Below, in pieces: positions 1 to 13,300 of a DNA stretch of 64,000 nucleotides; within the stretch, counting starts at the first letter, position 1; every line of letters starts with the position of its first letter. The notes under the pieces are model-generated. The model ran no database searches. It was given only the letters and a program-made list of their open reading frames with translations, and was not told where the DNA came from. Origin of the DNA: Antedon mediterranea (Eukaryota > Animalia > Echinodermata); assembly GCF_964355755.1 (NCBI RefSeq), contig NC_092678.1, positions 4,976,422 through 5,040,421 on the forward strand, read 5' to 3'. The position numbers and the translations under genes are program-made.

Positions 1-2694
1 GAAAAACTGGAGAACGAAGCACAGTGTCGCAGAGGAAAAGTTTATTTTCCAATTAAATTTGAAGATTTGCACAAGGTTGTTTGTAATATTAAATACCAAT
101 ATGATTCACTGAGGGAGGGAACTGATTAGTGCCTCCTTTTAAATGAGCGGCCCTAGAAACCATCATCAAGAACTGATGACGTTTCTTTTGTTGTATGTCA
201 TCCTTTTTATTAATTACAATAATTTGTCTATCATAGGTTATCACATTAAGAGGAGTCGATAATGTTTTCATCGTTGCAAAGGAGATTGTTAAAGATGAAA
301 GACTATTAGATGAAAAAGTAAGTTGCAATAATTAATGTCTTTTACTATTTCATTAACTAGGAATGTAAACAGGTACATAATTGTTGAATATTTCATATTT
401 TATACATTTATTGTTTTCTTTGTTTTCCCTAGGAAGCAGCAATTAAGTTTCTTGTTAACTTTACTGAAGGATTCAACTGGTTGCCTGCTCTTAATGCCTG
501 GCAATCATTTACTGGAACAAACTTTGACCTCACTCTCCCTGACCCAAACAACAGCAGCGAACAACGTAACCTTCCATCATTCCGTGTCACCTGCACAAGG
601 TCGGGTCAGAGACACAAGTTTGGTTCACCAGATGGAGCTTGTCACATTGGTGGTAAAATAAACGATATGTACCATTGGCCCGTCAAGATGAAGAACTCGG
701 ACTTGGATATTATGGTTGATATAACGGATGATAGCGTTATCTTTGGAATTGCTTTGACTAGAGCAAGTCTTCATAGAAGAAATATTACACACTTTGGGCC
801 AACCACTCTGCGACCCACCGTGGCATATGGAATGCTAAGGTACCCCCTGTTGACATCCTTTTAAGTTCATGATAAATTGCCATTCCTCCTCAGGATTCTT
901 GCATATTAACATGCATAAAAAAAAGGTCTGTAAATTAAATTGTGACATTTTTTTTGTCCATTGTAGGTTGGCAAATCCAAAACCTGGAGAGGTGGTGTGT
1001 GACCCAATGTGTGGAGGAGGATCCGTCACAATAGAGGTATCAATCATTACAATCTACAACTTACTACACACATCCAAGACATTTGATATTAATTATAACA
1101 TTGTGATGTTTTCCTAGGGTGCATGTTCATGGGCGTCAAACTATTTTGTGGCAGCAGACATCAATAAAGTTGGAACTGAGCGTGCAGTGGGAAACTTAAC
1201 AGATATGGCAGCCTCTCGCAAGATAGAGCAAGGAAAGTGAGTGTGACAGTTACGACAAGTTTTCTTTGTCATGATGAAAAGATCATTGCTAACATTTTAA
1301 ACATTGCAGATTAATTATCACCAAGCCAGTTACCCATCATTTACTAGTAATCAACTTTGTCTTCTTTTTTTCAGAGGTGCTCTTATGAATGATGTGTTGA
1401 GATGGGATGTGTGCAAATTGCCTTTGAAAACCAATTCTGTGGATGTTTTTATCTCAGATATGGTGAGACAAAAAAGAACATATCTCTAGCAATAATTTCT
1501 TTTTTTCTGTAATCAAAAGCAGTAATAGAATAAATAATTCTAGGAATATTAACACTATTTTTTGTTTTTATCTCTTTTTTAATGAACGCTACTGCACCAA
1601 CATCAGCCTTTTGGAAAGAGGTAGGTATAATCAGTGTACCATGTCCCGCATACCTGGCTTAGCCTATATATTGTGCCAGTTCTGCGGTACATTTCATTTC
1701 GAAACCTGAGCTGCACTGACGAGATCTAATAAGATCGAAACAGTACTGTCCAGATTACAGATTGTACAGATTGGATATATAAAAGCCCTAGTGGTCTAAT
1801 GGTTAGGACATCTGCATATCAAGCAGGCGGTCCGAGTTAGAGTCTCTGTTTGGGAGACTTTTTCTCATTCTCACAGATTTCCTCATCTTTATCGTTTCAA
1901 ATTAATTAATTAAATTTCAGTATATCACCGGGCGGTTTCGAACTAATGTTCATTGCCTAATGTGTTTATATATATATATAAACTTGCACTGAGCTAGTGT
2001 TGCCTGAAAGCTCTGCTAACCTTTCTGGCTGTTTTACTTTATTGTTTTGATTTAGCTTTTCGCTTTTTTTTTTGTATCTCCATTGAGATCCACCCACTGC
2101 ATTTTTTTCAGTAATTTGTCTTTGGATTTATATTTAAACTTGTAACTATACTTTTAAAGGAATTAATGCAACATTTTATTCAGTTAATGAATTCAATTAT
2201 TAGTTAAACTGCTCTGTTTAAATTATAGAATGGGCTCAAAATATAGAAACTGGCAGTTGTATGAACAGGGTCTGCGAGAGATGGCTAGAGTATGCCGACC
2301 AACGACAGGGAGGGCGGTGTTGCTTACGCAAGACAAGAAATGCATGCAGAAGGTAATAAAAAAAACATAATTTTTAAACTCTTGTGTTGCTATTCATCCG
2401 TTAAAACATATTTTTATATCGGTTTTTTTTCGCCTTCTTCAGACTTTGTATCAGTTTACTACAATGTGGCGTAAAAAAACTCAACTTTTTATAAACATGG
2501 GAGGTATGTCTGCTTGTGTATATTTACTCCAAAGATGCAAGGACAAGTTAAACCATGAAGATAGTTCTGAAAACACACCAATGGAGGAGAGTGGAGATGT
2601 AGCAGACGACAACATGGAGGAAAGTGGAGATGGAGCAGACGACAACATGGAGGAAAGTGGAGATGGAGCAGCAGATGACGAGGGTTTTAAATGA
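1..2694 (+). CDS. THUMPD3: tRNA (guanine-N2) methyltransferase THUMPD3 (5'-partial, spliced)
   Basis: GT-AG exons <1-75, 237-317, 433-839, 967-1036, 1118-1236, 1375-1461, 1607-1620, 2229-2352, 2443-2694 join in frame. Motifs: RGKVYF, LRGVDN, THUMP region FRVTCTRSGQRHKF, SLHRRNITHFGPTTLRPTVAYGMLRL, SAM-binding DPMCGGG, DMPFGKR, LREMARVC. Confidence 0.92.
1711..1753 (+). ncRNA. Minimal type I hammerhead ribozyme core (Penelope/retrozyme-like, palindromic helix III)
   Basis: CTGACGA (1716-1722), stem II GATCT-aata-AGATC, GAAA (1737-1740), palindromic CAGTACTG, cleavage triplet GTC (1748-1750). Helix I is weak: 5' CTGCA faces only CAG. Confidence 0.7.
1785..1856 (+). pseudogene. Degenerate copy of tRNA-like gene (anticodon ATC) inside a repeated cassette spanning 1782-~1970
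   Basis: Near-identical to 31298-31369 but with T-loop TTAGAGT and mismatches in the acceptor and T stems. About 110 bp of downstream flank is shared with the other copy. Confidence 0.7.
2581..2680 (+). repeat. 33-nt coding tandem repeat (MEESGDGADDN x3) in the THUMPD3 acidic tail
   Basis: atggagga(g/a)agtggagatg(t/g)agcagacgacaac repeated about three times, in frame. Confidence 0.9.
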
Positions 2695-3253
2695 AACAAA
2701 ACAAAGATCATGGCATCAAGAGTATCGAAAGTGAAAGTTGATATCGTGTAAACAAAGTTGTGTTGTGAAAGATAATAAATACTACACAACTTGTGTGATA
2801 GGATAGAGGATGGATCATTTGTTTATAGTGCTTTACTATTACTATATTTTGTTTTGACATTGTACAAAATGTACTTAAAAAGTACTCTATTTAAAAATAA
2901 GTTGTTTAAGAAAACCGTTTGGCCAGATTATTTTGTATAACCAACCAACCTCCATGGAAAGTGAAACAAAAGAAACATTGAAACTTGATGTTGTACAAAT
3001 ATCATATTTCATTTGTAGGCAGTACTTATTAAAGAAAGTTGTTTTGAGAACACCGTTTATCTTATTTATTTCACAAACATTAAATATATATTAATTAATT
3101 AATCAAGGCTTTTAATAACAAGGTTTATATACTGTATTAAATCAACAATGGTATGGTATGCTTTCAAAACATAAATATACTGCAAAAAAATAAACAAGTT
3201 TACAAAATTAATACATGTATACAAACTGAATCAACTGTATAAAATAACTCATT

Positions 3254-3322
3254 AATATGCATAGACAATATGAATATGCATTAAAACAATATGAATATGC
3301 ATAGAGCAATATGAATATGCAA
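3254..3322. repeat. Short ~20-bp tandem repeat (atatgcatagacaatatga-like, ~3.5 copies)
   Basis: Direct inspection. Confidence 0.75.
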
Positions 3323-4364
3323 GAAAATTGATTAATTTTGTAATTAATGTGCGCAATAACATGCACTTTGCATACGAATTAATAATTTGCATTAATATAG
3401 GTGTACAATGTTACATTAATATTTTATGAAACTCATTGTTCCCCGTCGGATAACTTCAACGTCAAATGCGCAAATTCAAAAGAAAAGGCTAAAAAAGTCC
3501 AATCATTGATTAGCAAAAATGTAAGTTTCATTTTATCTTTACATTGTAATATTCTAAAAATGTTTTAAAAACTCATTTTGTTATAAAACAAAAAATAACA
3601 AATTATAAAATTATTTTATAAATGGACGGAACTTGTAATGATTGCACATAAAATGTACTAGCATTATTAGACCTTGTAAGATAAATTATTATGTTTGAAA
3701 ATTAATAAACAAAAGCATTAGAAACTAATAGTTCATTTGCATCCAAACCCTGCATTTGTTTGTTTAGCACCAAAGATGTACTTTGCAACAAAAATTGCAA
3801 AATATTTAACGGAAAGCTGAATAATGTTGCAATTAGTACAATTTGCCGACAATGTTTATCGATTGCTACACGACGATGAGAACGATTACTGTTATGCTTG
3901 CAATGAATTGTGGGATACGATTACATATACACAATATTATAACACACAACACTACTGGAATTTATATTGTAAAATACATTTCAAACTTTTTTAGTTAAAA
4001 ATAAAAACACTCCACAAAAGTTAGATATTATGAAACTATTTATAATTAAATTAGAATAAATATGTTTACACTCAAGGTAGTTAAATCAAGCAAAGTTACT
4101 ATCTTATATAGAGATTTCTACTAAAATTATAGTTATTTGTACAACTTTATATTTACAATATTATATAATTTCTAAACATACACCGCATTCACAAATCAAA
4201 CTACATTAATGGTTATTTAAGAAATAATTAAGTAAAATACAAGTAACATGTTGTAAAAGTGGTTTATTGGTTTGCCTGTCCATCCAATGGCCTTGGTTCG
4301 AGCCTGGTTCCAGTCAAGTACCATATCATCATACTATTGCACAGTATTGACCAAAAAGAAATAT

Positions 4365-7300
4365 TCACACAAAGTAGTTACGTCGAAGCGTGTCCATATA
4401 GTGATTGTTTTGTTGATGCGAAGTGGAAAGTCTTGAACGATCAAAACCATTGGCTAGATTATCACGTATGTCACCTACATTTGGACCAACCTCCATGGAA
4501 GCTGAGGAAACAAAATAAAAACATTTAACTGCGAAACTTGTGCAAGATTAATAAATATTTGTATTTTTTTTTGTTTTGTTAGAAGATCTTACCCGATCTT
4601 AAGTGCCTTGATATGCTTTTATCCAATTCACTCCACACCTGTAATTATTAAATCAAAATTATCAGATAAAAACAGACTAACAATATTTAAAATAAACTTT
4701 AAAATTGAAAAAATAATAGTGAAATCAACAACAAATATTGTGTACTTTTTCGGTAATGGAATCAATTTCTGTATCATTTCTTGTTCTGCGTTTGAGAATT
4801 GGTGAAGTAGGCGATACGCTAGCCTCTTTTAAATGTTGGTTGCGCTGTCGTTCAAAGCTGAAATGAAAACATTAAACGGTTTCAGTCAAGATGCTTATGC
4901 CATATAACTTAATTTTGGGTTGAATCAATAGATTACTTAGCTCTTCATCATAAGCACTTACTTAAGTTTGCTTTCATAGTTTGATAACCTATCTCTGGTA
5001 TTTTCAAGATCCATTGTCACTTTCTCTTTTGATTTTAATTCACGTTCATACAACTCCTGAAAATAGATTATTTTTGTTTTTTTAAACAATTGTTTTTTAG
5101 GCCAACATGAACAAATATTGCAGAGAAAATATTATTTTACCTTGAATCTTGCAGCTTCAGTTTGTAGTGTGTCTTTCTGTGCCATAACATCATGATAAGA
5201 TGTTCTTAATTTTACTATATCAGCCTGAAATAAAAACACAAACAAAAATCAAAACAAAATTCCTACCTCACAAGTTACTACATAGACGACAATTACATCT
5301 ACCCAAAACTCTTTCTTATTATTCTTTATGGTCATTATCTAAACGTCTGTCTACACTATCAAATTTCATATGGCAAAAAAATGTGATGTGCACCATACAT
5401 AGACATGATGATGTCATATCACATCATCATTGACATTTTTATATTTATTCTTTATTGAATTTTAACTATTGTAATATATTTTTTACTTGTAAGGTGTTTA
5501 TGTCGTATTGTTGAGGGCCCCTCAAAATCAGCTCCTGCTGGCTGGGTCACCCTCTTGAAATATGGTTGAATAAATAAATAACTACCATATTTAGGCATAT
5601 CACTACCAGATTTGGACACATCACACTTTTTTGTCAAACTAGTTTGATAGTGTAGACTGATCTTAAGTCTCTGTTACCTTTTGACTTGTAATAGCATTCT
5701 CCAGTTCTTTCTTCATATCTTCTTCATTTGAGTTTCTTAGTTGTTCTAGTTTTTCACGTGCTTGTGACTGCTCTTCCAAGTACGCGTTTACCTGATCCAG
5801 CTTCTCGTTTATCTCAATACGGGCCTAAAAAGATTACATACGAAGAGGATTTTAAATAAATATACTTGATAATGATGGTACTAATTATAAATGAGATAAA
5901 TAACAATCACAAAGAAAATGATAATGATTTAATTAACATATTTCACTAACCTTTGCATCCAATTCCTGCTTGTATCTTTCCAATTCACCTTTTTCGATAA
6001 AATCTTGATTAAGTGCACCCTAAAAAAACAAACAACCAACTTTAATAAATGTAAACAGAAGCAGCCGAGAAATCTAATCCAATCAAAATATTGTAAGTTA
6101 CCTTTAAAACCTTTAGTTCATCCTCCAGTTTCCGCTTTGACTTTTCTAATTTTTCTTTTCCCTAAAATAAATTTTTAAAATTCCGTTGAAAACAAATTAG
6201 ATAACAAACATCATTTTAATTTGTGCTTAACTTCTCAAAATATTGTGTATTAACTTGAAAATTGATCATCATAAAAAAAAATCAGAATACACACCTTTCC
6301 TATTATCTTCACGGACGATGCATCTGAAAAACACACAAAATAATTTAAACTTTGCAAATAGCATTAATTGATTTAAACTTCGCTTCAACTTTTTGCATTT
6401 AATCGTTACCTCTTTGTAATTGCCTGTTTATCATTTCAATCTCTGACCTCAGTTTGTTTTCTTGTTCCAATTGTTGATTAACGTCTTCAAGCTGAAATAG
6501 AACATTTATCAAACGTTTGCCTGTCAATGTTTCTCCATGCATCTATATAAAACCAATAAGAGAAAGACAAAGTATGGCCACAAAAAAGTCAGAGGTCAAA
6601 TAATAGCACTTACCTGTCGTCGCAATGCTGATACGGTTGCGTCCATGTTTATTCTTTCTCGTTCAAAGTCAGACTTCAAACTGTTGATACGCATTTCAGG
6701 CATCTCTAGATCCTGCAAAGTTTACAACATATACATTCAAAAGTCAATTTTTATCAAATAATCACTAATCTATTACTAATACAAATTATGAAATTGAAAA
6801 CTTAATTACTAACCTTTAATTTTTTCTTGGCCAATTTTAGTTTCATTTTGTAAGTGTTTAATTCTTCATCTTTTTGACGATTTCTGTATAAAACAAAAAA
6901 TATATGTATCAAAACTATACTGTACTCAGAAGTTAATGAAGAACATATATACAACAAATTACGATAAATAATTCATACCTTTGAATTTCATTCTCAAGTT
7001 TAGATTCTACAGATCGCTTCAGCTCGGCCATTTTTCTTGTTTTTCTTTTTTCCTAAAATGTAAATCAATTATTGAGTATGACTGACACATATTCTTAATT
7101 CTTATATTAATAATACTTAATATAAAAATATAAAAATTTAAATATTTGATTCTTACATCTTCAACTTGTCCCATCACTCCAGCCCTTGACCTTTCCAACT
7201 GAGCCATCTATTTGTTGAAAACAAAAATAATAAATATTACTCAATTATCAAATATATGAGCTGTGCAATCCTTATTACCATTTTCCATGGTAACTTACTT

Positions 7301-10300
7301 TTACACCAAGCCTTGACCTTGATTTGACCTCTGTTTCCCATAAGTCTTTGTGTTCTTCAGCTTCTTTTGCAAACAAACTTCTTGCAGCAGTTTCATCCTA
7401 AATTCCAAAGAAAAAATGAATTTCTCCTTTTATAGATGAAGGCAGAAATTTGTTGCAGAAAAACAAAAAATAAATGATAAAATAGATGCAAATTGGTAAA
7501 AAAAAAACGGTGTAGACTCACACTAAGCCTTCCTTCCATGTGAATGTTTGTAGAATTCAAGTTGTTCACGATTGCTTCCATTCCTTCACGCATCTGAGAA
7601 TAAAAGCAATCATTACTTAGTCAGTATTTAGGCAACACCTGTATTTAGGGGACACCTGTATTGAGAGGACACCTGTATTGAGAGGACACCTGTATTGAGA
7701 GGACACCTGTATTGAGAGGACACCTGTATTGAGAGGACACCTGTATTGAGAGGACACCTGTATTGATAGGACACCTGTATTGATAGAGGACACATTTATT
7801 TAGGCGACACCTGTATTGAGAGGAAACCTGTATTGAGAGGAAACCTGTATTGAGAGGACACCTGTATTGAGAGGACACCTGTATTGAGAGGACACCTGTA
7901 TTGAGAGGACACCTGTATTGAGAGGACACCTGTATTGAGAGGACACCTGTATTGAGAGGACACCTGTAATGAGAGGACACATGTATTTAGGCAACACCTG
8001 TATTGAGAGGACAACTGTATTGATAGGACACCTGTATTGATAGAGGACACCTGTATTGATAGGCGACACCTGTATTGATAGGCGACACCTGTATTGATAG
8101 GCGACACCTGTATTGATAGGCGACACCTGTATTGATAGGCGACACCTGTATTGATAGGCGACACCTGTATTGATAGGCGACACCTGTATTGATAGGCGAC
8201 ACCTGTATTGATAGGCGACACCTGTATTGATAGGCGACACCTGTATTGAGAGGACACCTGTATTGAGAGGACACCTGTAATGAGAGGACACCTGTAATGA
8301 GAGGACACCTGTATTGAGAGGACACCTGTATTGAGAGGACACCTGTATTGAGAGGACACCTGTATTGAGAGGACACCTGTATTGAGAGGACACCTGTATT
8401 GATAGGACACCTGTAATGAGGACACATGTATTTAGGCAACACCACCTGTATTGAGAGGACACCTGTATTGAGAGGACAACTCTATTGATAGGACAATTGT
8501 ATTGATAGGACACCTGTATTGATAGAGGACACCTGTATTGATAGAGGAAACATGTATTTAGGCGACACATGTATTTAGGCGACACCTGTATTGAGAGGAC
8601 AACTGTATTGAGAGGACACCTGTATTGATAGGACACCTGTATTGATAGGACAACTGTATTTAGGAAACACCTGTATTGAAACATCAAGCTAGCGTAGAGA
8701 ATGAATGAGGATGTGTGTACATGTGCCCAGTTCACACATCAGCTCAACCACCAATAACAAGTTAGTATTATTTTTTACCTTATGTGCTTCTTGTAGGTTC
8801 TTTTCTAGAGTCTCACAGCGAGCACTTTCTTGTTTTAGCATCACTTCTAGTTTGGCGTTCTTTGTTTCAACTTCTCTTAAATGATCATCCATCTCAATCT
8901 ATACAGAACAAATCAATTAGATATTTAGAAAAAAAGCTTATGATTTAATGCAAAACTGTCTCAAATTTTAAACTGTTCGACTATAAGCAATATTATATAT
9001 CTATGCATATAATTAAAATGTTTTTCAACTGATTAGCTCTAGCCTTACACGTCATCACCTACCTTTCGTTGGACGGCATCTTTGGCAGTAGATAGCTGCT
9101 CCTTTGCTTCAATTTTAGCAGTCTCTGCTTGGCCTAGCTTCTCTTCCAATCGGTGAATCTTTCCAATTAAATTATCTTGATTATGTCCAGATAAAACCAA
9201 CTACAAACACAGAAAATAACATTAACTATTAAAAGAAGGAGGATAGTATATGAGCATAGCATCATGAGATTATTGTATGAAATAGTGTGAAATAAAGTTT
9301 TTATTTTAAGACACACTTATTCGAAAGAAGCCCTTTTTGAGAGGACACTTTAATGTGGAAGGTACAAGGTAAGTTTAACACAATGTCTTTATTATAGGGA
9401 CCCTATGTTGAGCCATAAAGGTGTCCCCTTAATAGATAACATATAGGCATGTTCATACTTTTTCTTCCATTTGCTCATGTTGTTTTATAATCAGATTCTT
9501 TTCTCTTAAGAACGCTTCATGGGTCTGAAAAAACAAAACGTATCATGTTATTAACATCCAAACATTCTAAGCTAACTATTATTAAAGAAACTACTGGGGA
9601 AGAGAAACCAGGGAAGGCATTGGTGTCTGACATGGGAAGAAGATTGGACACAACTGGGATACATATTACAAGACTTGTCTTTCAAGACTTGACTTGTCTA
9701 GAAACAGAAGACACTGGAATAAGTTTGCTCTATTGAGGTTTGACAGGCGTAAGTCTACGTAAGCTAAGTAGGTAACTTCACAGTCTCAGATTATAACCCT
9801 TTCTTCCTGTCTGGTAAGTCTAGTAATTCACCAAACACACATTTGTTTGTTACTTACATTAGCTGCATGCTGGAGATGTGCCTCTGCAACAGACAGCTTG
9901 CTTGTTGTATCCATCAAATTCTGAATAACAAAAGATTAGAGTTAATGATGTAATCAAGGATTTATTAAAAGAAAACAAACGATTAAAGGAACAAGTTGAT
10001 GGTACACTTTTAAAAGTAAAACACAAGTGTATTACTAATGTCAACAGAAAATCAATGACACCTATCTATTCCAGAAGAAGGTGTTATTATCAAATTCTAA
10101 ATTAAACATTTTAGATCAGCGTACCTTTTGAAGAGTTTTAACATCCTGGTCTTTCAAACTACCGGTTTGGTCTCTCTGTTGTATTTCATTCCTCAACTGA
10201 GAAATAGTTGCCGACAAATTTTCATTCTTTTCTTCTAGCAATACTTGGGCCTATATGGATGCAACAACAATAATAGTGATTTCCAATAAAATAGGAGACA

Positions 10301-13300
10301 AAAACTAACATCTGTTAGTATATGTATTTATTATGGAATTGGACGTAATTCTGTCTTGTGTACATACAATTGAAGACCTTGGTAGACAAGTAAAAAAGAG
10401 TAGGATATTGTCTACCGGTGTGCTGATCTGGGAAGGTAATGCGCTGCTGACAGCCGTGGGTTCATTGATTAATGACAAAAACTCGTTCGGAAACAGAGCT
10501 TTTTAAAATTATAAACAGTGGTTTTCTTCAGTCTTCATATTCCAAACTTTTACTTATAACATTAATAATTACCTCCGCCAAGGAGGTTATATTTTCACCC
10601 CTGTATGTTTGTATGTTTGTATGTTTGTGTGTTTGTGTGTGTGTGTGTCTGTGAACAGCCTGGAGGCCACAGTTTTTATCTGATTCTCACCAAATTTGGC
10701 AACAATGATCTATGCCCCAAAAGCTCGAACGAGTTCGAATTTGATGGGGAAAGGTCATAGGTCAAGGTCACAACTAACAAAAAACTATTTTACTGCCTAG
10801 AGACCACAGTTTTTATCCGATTCTCACCAAACTTAGCCACAATGATCAATGACACATCATATAATTGTGGTTAAATTTTGAAGGGTCAGGGTCAAAGATC
10901 AAGGTCCACAAAAAGTTTAAAAAAAAGAAATAAAAAAAAAAAAAAAACCTCAGTGGGACTTGAACCAGCGATCTCAACTGTGAGAGGCTGGATACATAAC
11001 CATTTTACAGTAGGCGGAGGTTTGTACTCTCGGAGTATCCTCTAGTTAAATATGAATCACACTGTGTTAGTAATAAGGTTAGTAAATAGATACTATGTTA
11101 ATGATAATGAAACAAGGAATATTTTTAAAAATAATATATAAAATATTCCCTAATAAGTAAAAAAGAGGAAGTAAATCTATAGAAAGCAGTAAAAACATGA
11201 TAATAAAAACAATCTGTTATAAACACAAAAACATTTCAGTAATGTTATTATATAAAAGATACATATCATCATATGAATGTAAATATCTTTGTAATTCAGC
11301 TAAGGCTGCGATGATGATATTGAAATAAATGAAATGAAATGAAAAAAATGAAATGAAGTGCAAGTAACATGTTTGCCACGAGGATAATTCCCTCTTTTTA
11401 CGAGAATGTCCGCAAGTGCGGCATCTATGGTTTTAGAATAAGAGTTTTGGAATAGTGAAATGATCTGGTTAGGTGTACGGCAAACTATTTGTTACAATCC
11501 TCAAATCCCTTCACTAAATGGAAGAAAATCCTTTTTGAGTGTAATTTTTTATTGTTTGTTGTATATATGGAATTTTTATTCTGAAACCATTGTCACTACC
11601 TACCTAAAAGTTGGATCATTGTTAATCTAGTGTTAAGACTACAATTAATTTAACAAACAAACCATGATATGAATAAATGTTAGTTTATTAAATGTTAGAA
11701 AATGTTGAGTATGTATGATTACAGTTTGTCAACCTACCCTTTCCTTGTCAGCACGTAATGTATTAAGGGTCACATTTAGTTTATCCTGAAAATTGTTACA
11801 ACAAAAATACTTATATTTCAAAGAATTTCTTAGCTATGCTTTTGAGAGGATATTAATCAATCTCATCCTTACATCAAATCTTGATTATTTAGGGAGATAA
11901 AATAAATGACAAATAAGCAGTTATTCTTACCGTGACATCAAAAGCTTCTCTGTCTGTGACTTGCTTCTCACTCTGCGATGTTTCCAAAGATTTCTTAAGT
12001 CCTTGAATTTCATTCTGTGCATCAGTAAGTCTACAAAACAAGAAAAGAGTCAGTGGATATTTTTTTTTTCTATCTTGAATGTAATTTAATTTTTTCCCTC
12101 ATCTTCAATCTGTATATTATGTTTTACTTTAATATTTCAATTGTAAAACATAAATTTAAAATAAATATTTAAAATGTGAATATTGTTTTCTTATTTTGAT
12201 TTGAAATAATGAGATCTTCAATGGGTTTTTACCTCTCTTTTGTTGTTTCCAATCTGGCAGCCAGGCGAACATTTTCTTCCTACAAAAATGAGATGGATTA
12301 AAAACATTATGTTACTACTTTCTAGGAGTTTTATTAGATAATCTATATTGTTTTGTAACATGACCACAGTGCTGATTTTGTGACTGATCAAAAGAACAAT
12401 AAAAATGATGTTGACCTTTTCTCGTTGTAGTACAGATTCCTGCATATGTACTTTGTTTGTTCGTTGGTCAAGTTCCCGTTGCAACGTCATCAACTGATTG
12501 TTGCGTTCCATCAATGATGACTGCGTCACATGAATCTGAAACAGAAAAGGTTTGAAAATTATTTGTGATTGTTTTCCAGCTTTTGGGAACTCTTGTTTGG
12601 CAAAATTATCTGTATTTATATCATCATGTTATCAGTTACCTCATTTTCCAGACTGATCACTCTCGTTTCAGCCGAGCCAAGTCGTACAGCGTTTGCCTAA
12701 ATCAACAATTAATCAACACATAAATGAAGTAAAAAGCATTGCATAAACATTATAAGAACACTTCTTTACGAGACAAACACTTTTATTTGTGAGTAAATGA
12801 ACAACGTGACACATACCTGTGTGGCGTCTTTACTTGCTATTATATCCTGATCGGTTCTCAGTCGTATTTGCCGCGTCTCATCTCGCTCTCGATGTAAAGC
12901 CCTTAAATTAAAAACAAAACGCTGTCATGACAACTAGATAATAACTAAATAGTATCATCCAATTTATCTTACGTTGCGTTATTGCATCAAATTTGCAGTA
13001 TTCTAATACATCAACATGTTACCTTTCAAGTTCACTGCGTGCTTGTTGAGATTTCTCAAGTTCTTGTAATGTGGTGTCAAGTCGGTTGTTGATTGAGTGT
13101 AGCTTAAACAAAATGTTAAACATAATAAGAACAAACAGATTGAGTTTATAGGCAGCAAAAAATTAAGAAATGACAACAAATTATTGCATATGAAACTTTG
13201 CTTTCAGAAATACAAGAGTATGCATAGAGTAACTGTAAAGCTATGGCTCCCACTAGAACGCAACGCAAGGACATAAACGCAAGGTAAGCGAGTTCACCAA

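Noticed and set aside
3622-3994. Cys-rich short frames between the THUMPD3 and ANKRD26 3' ends (MDGTCNDC..., MLQLVQFADN...)
   Set aside because: They have several in-frame stops or are under 60 aa, with no recognisable domain or splice support. This is compatible with chance in AT-rich UTR/intergenic DNA.
7645-8735. Long minus-strand ORFs (111-311 aa) with QVSSQYRCPLNTGVLSI repeats; also a superficially CRISPR-like periodicity
   Set aside because: They are translations of a 17/19-bp minisatellite open in all three frames. There are no unique spacers and no cas genes, and the context is a eukaryotic intron.
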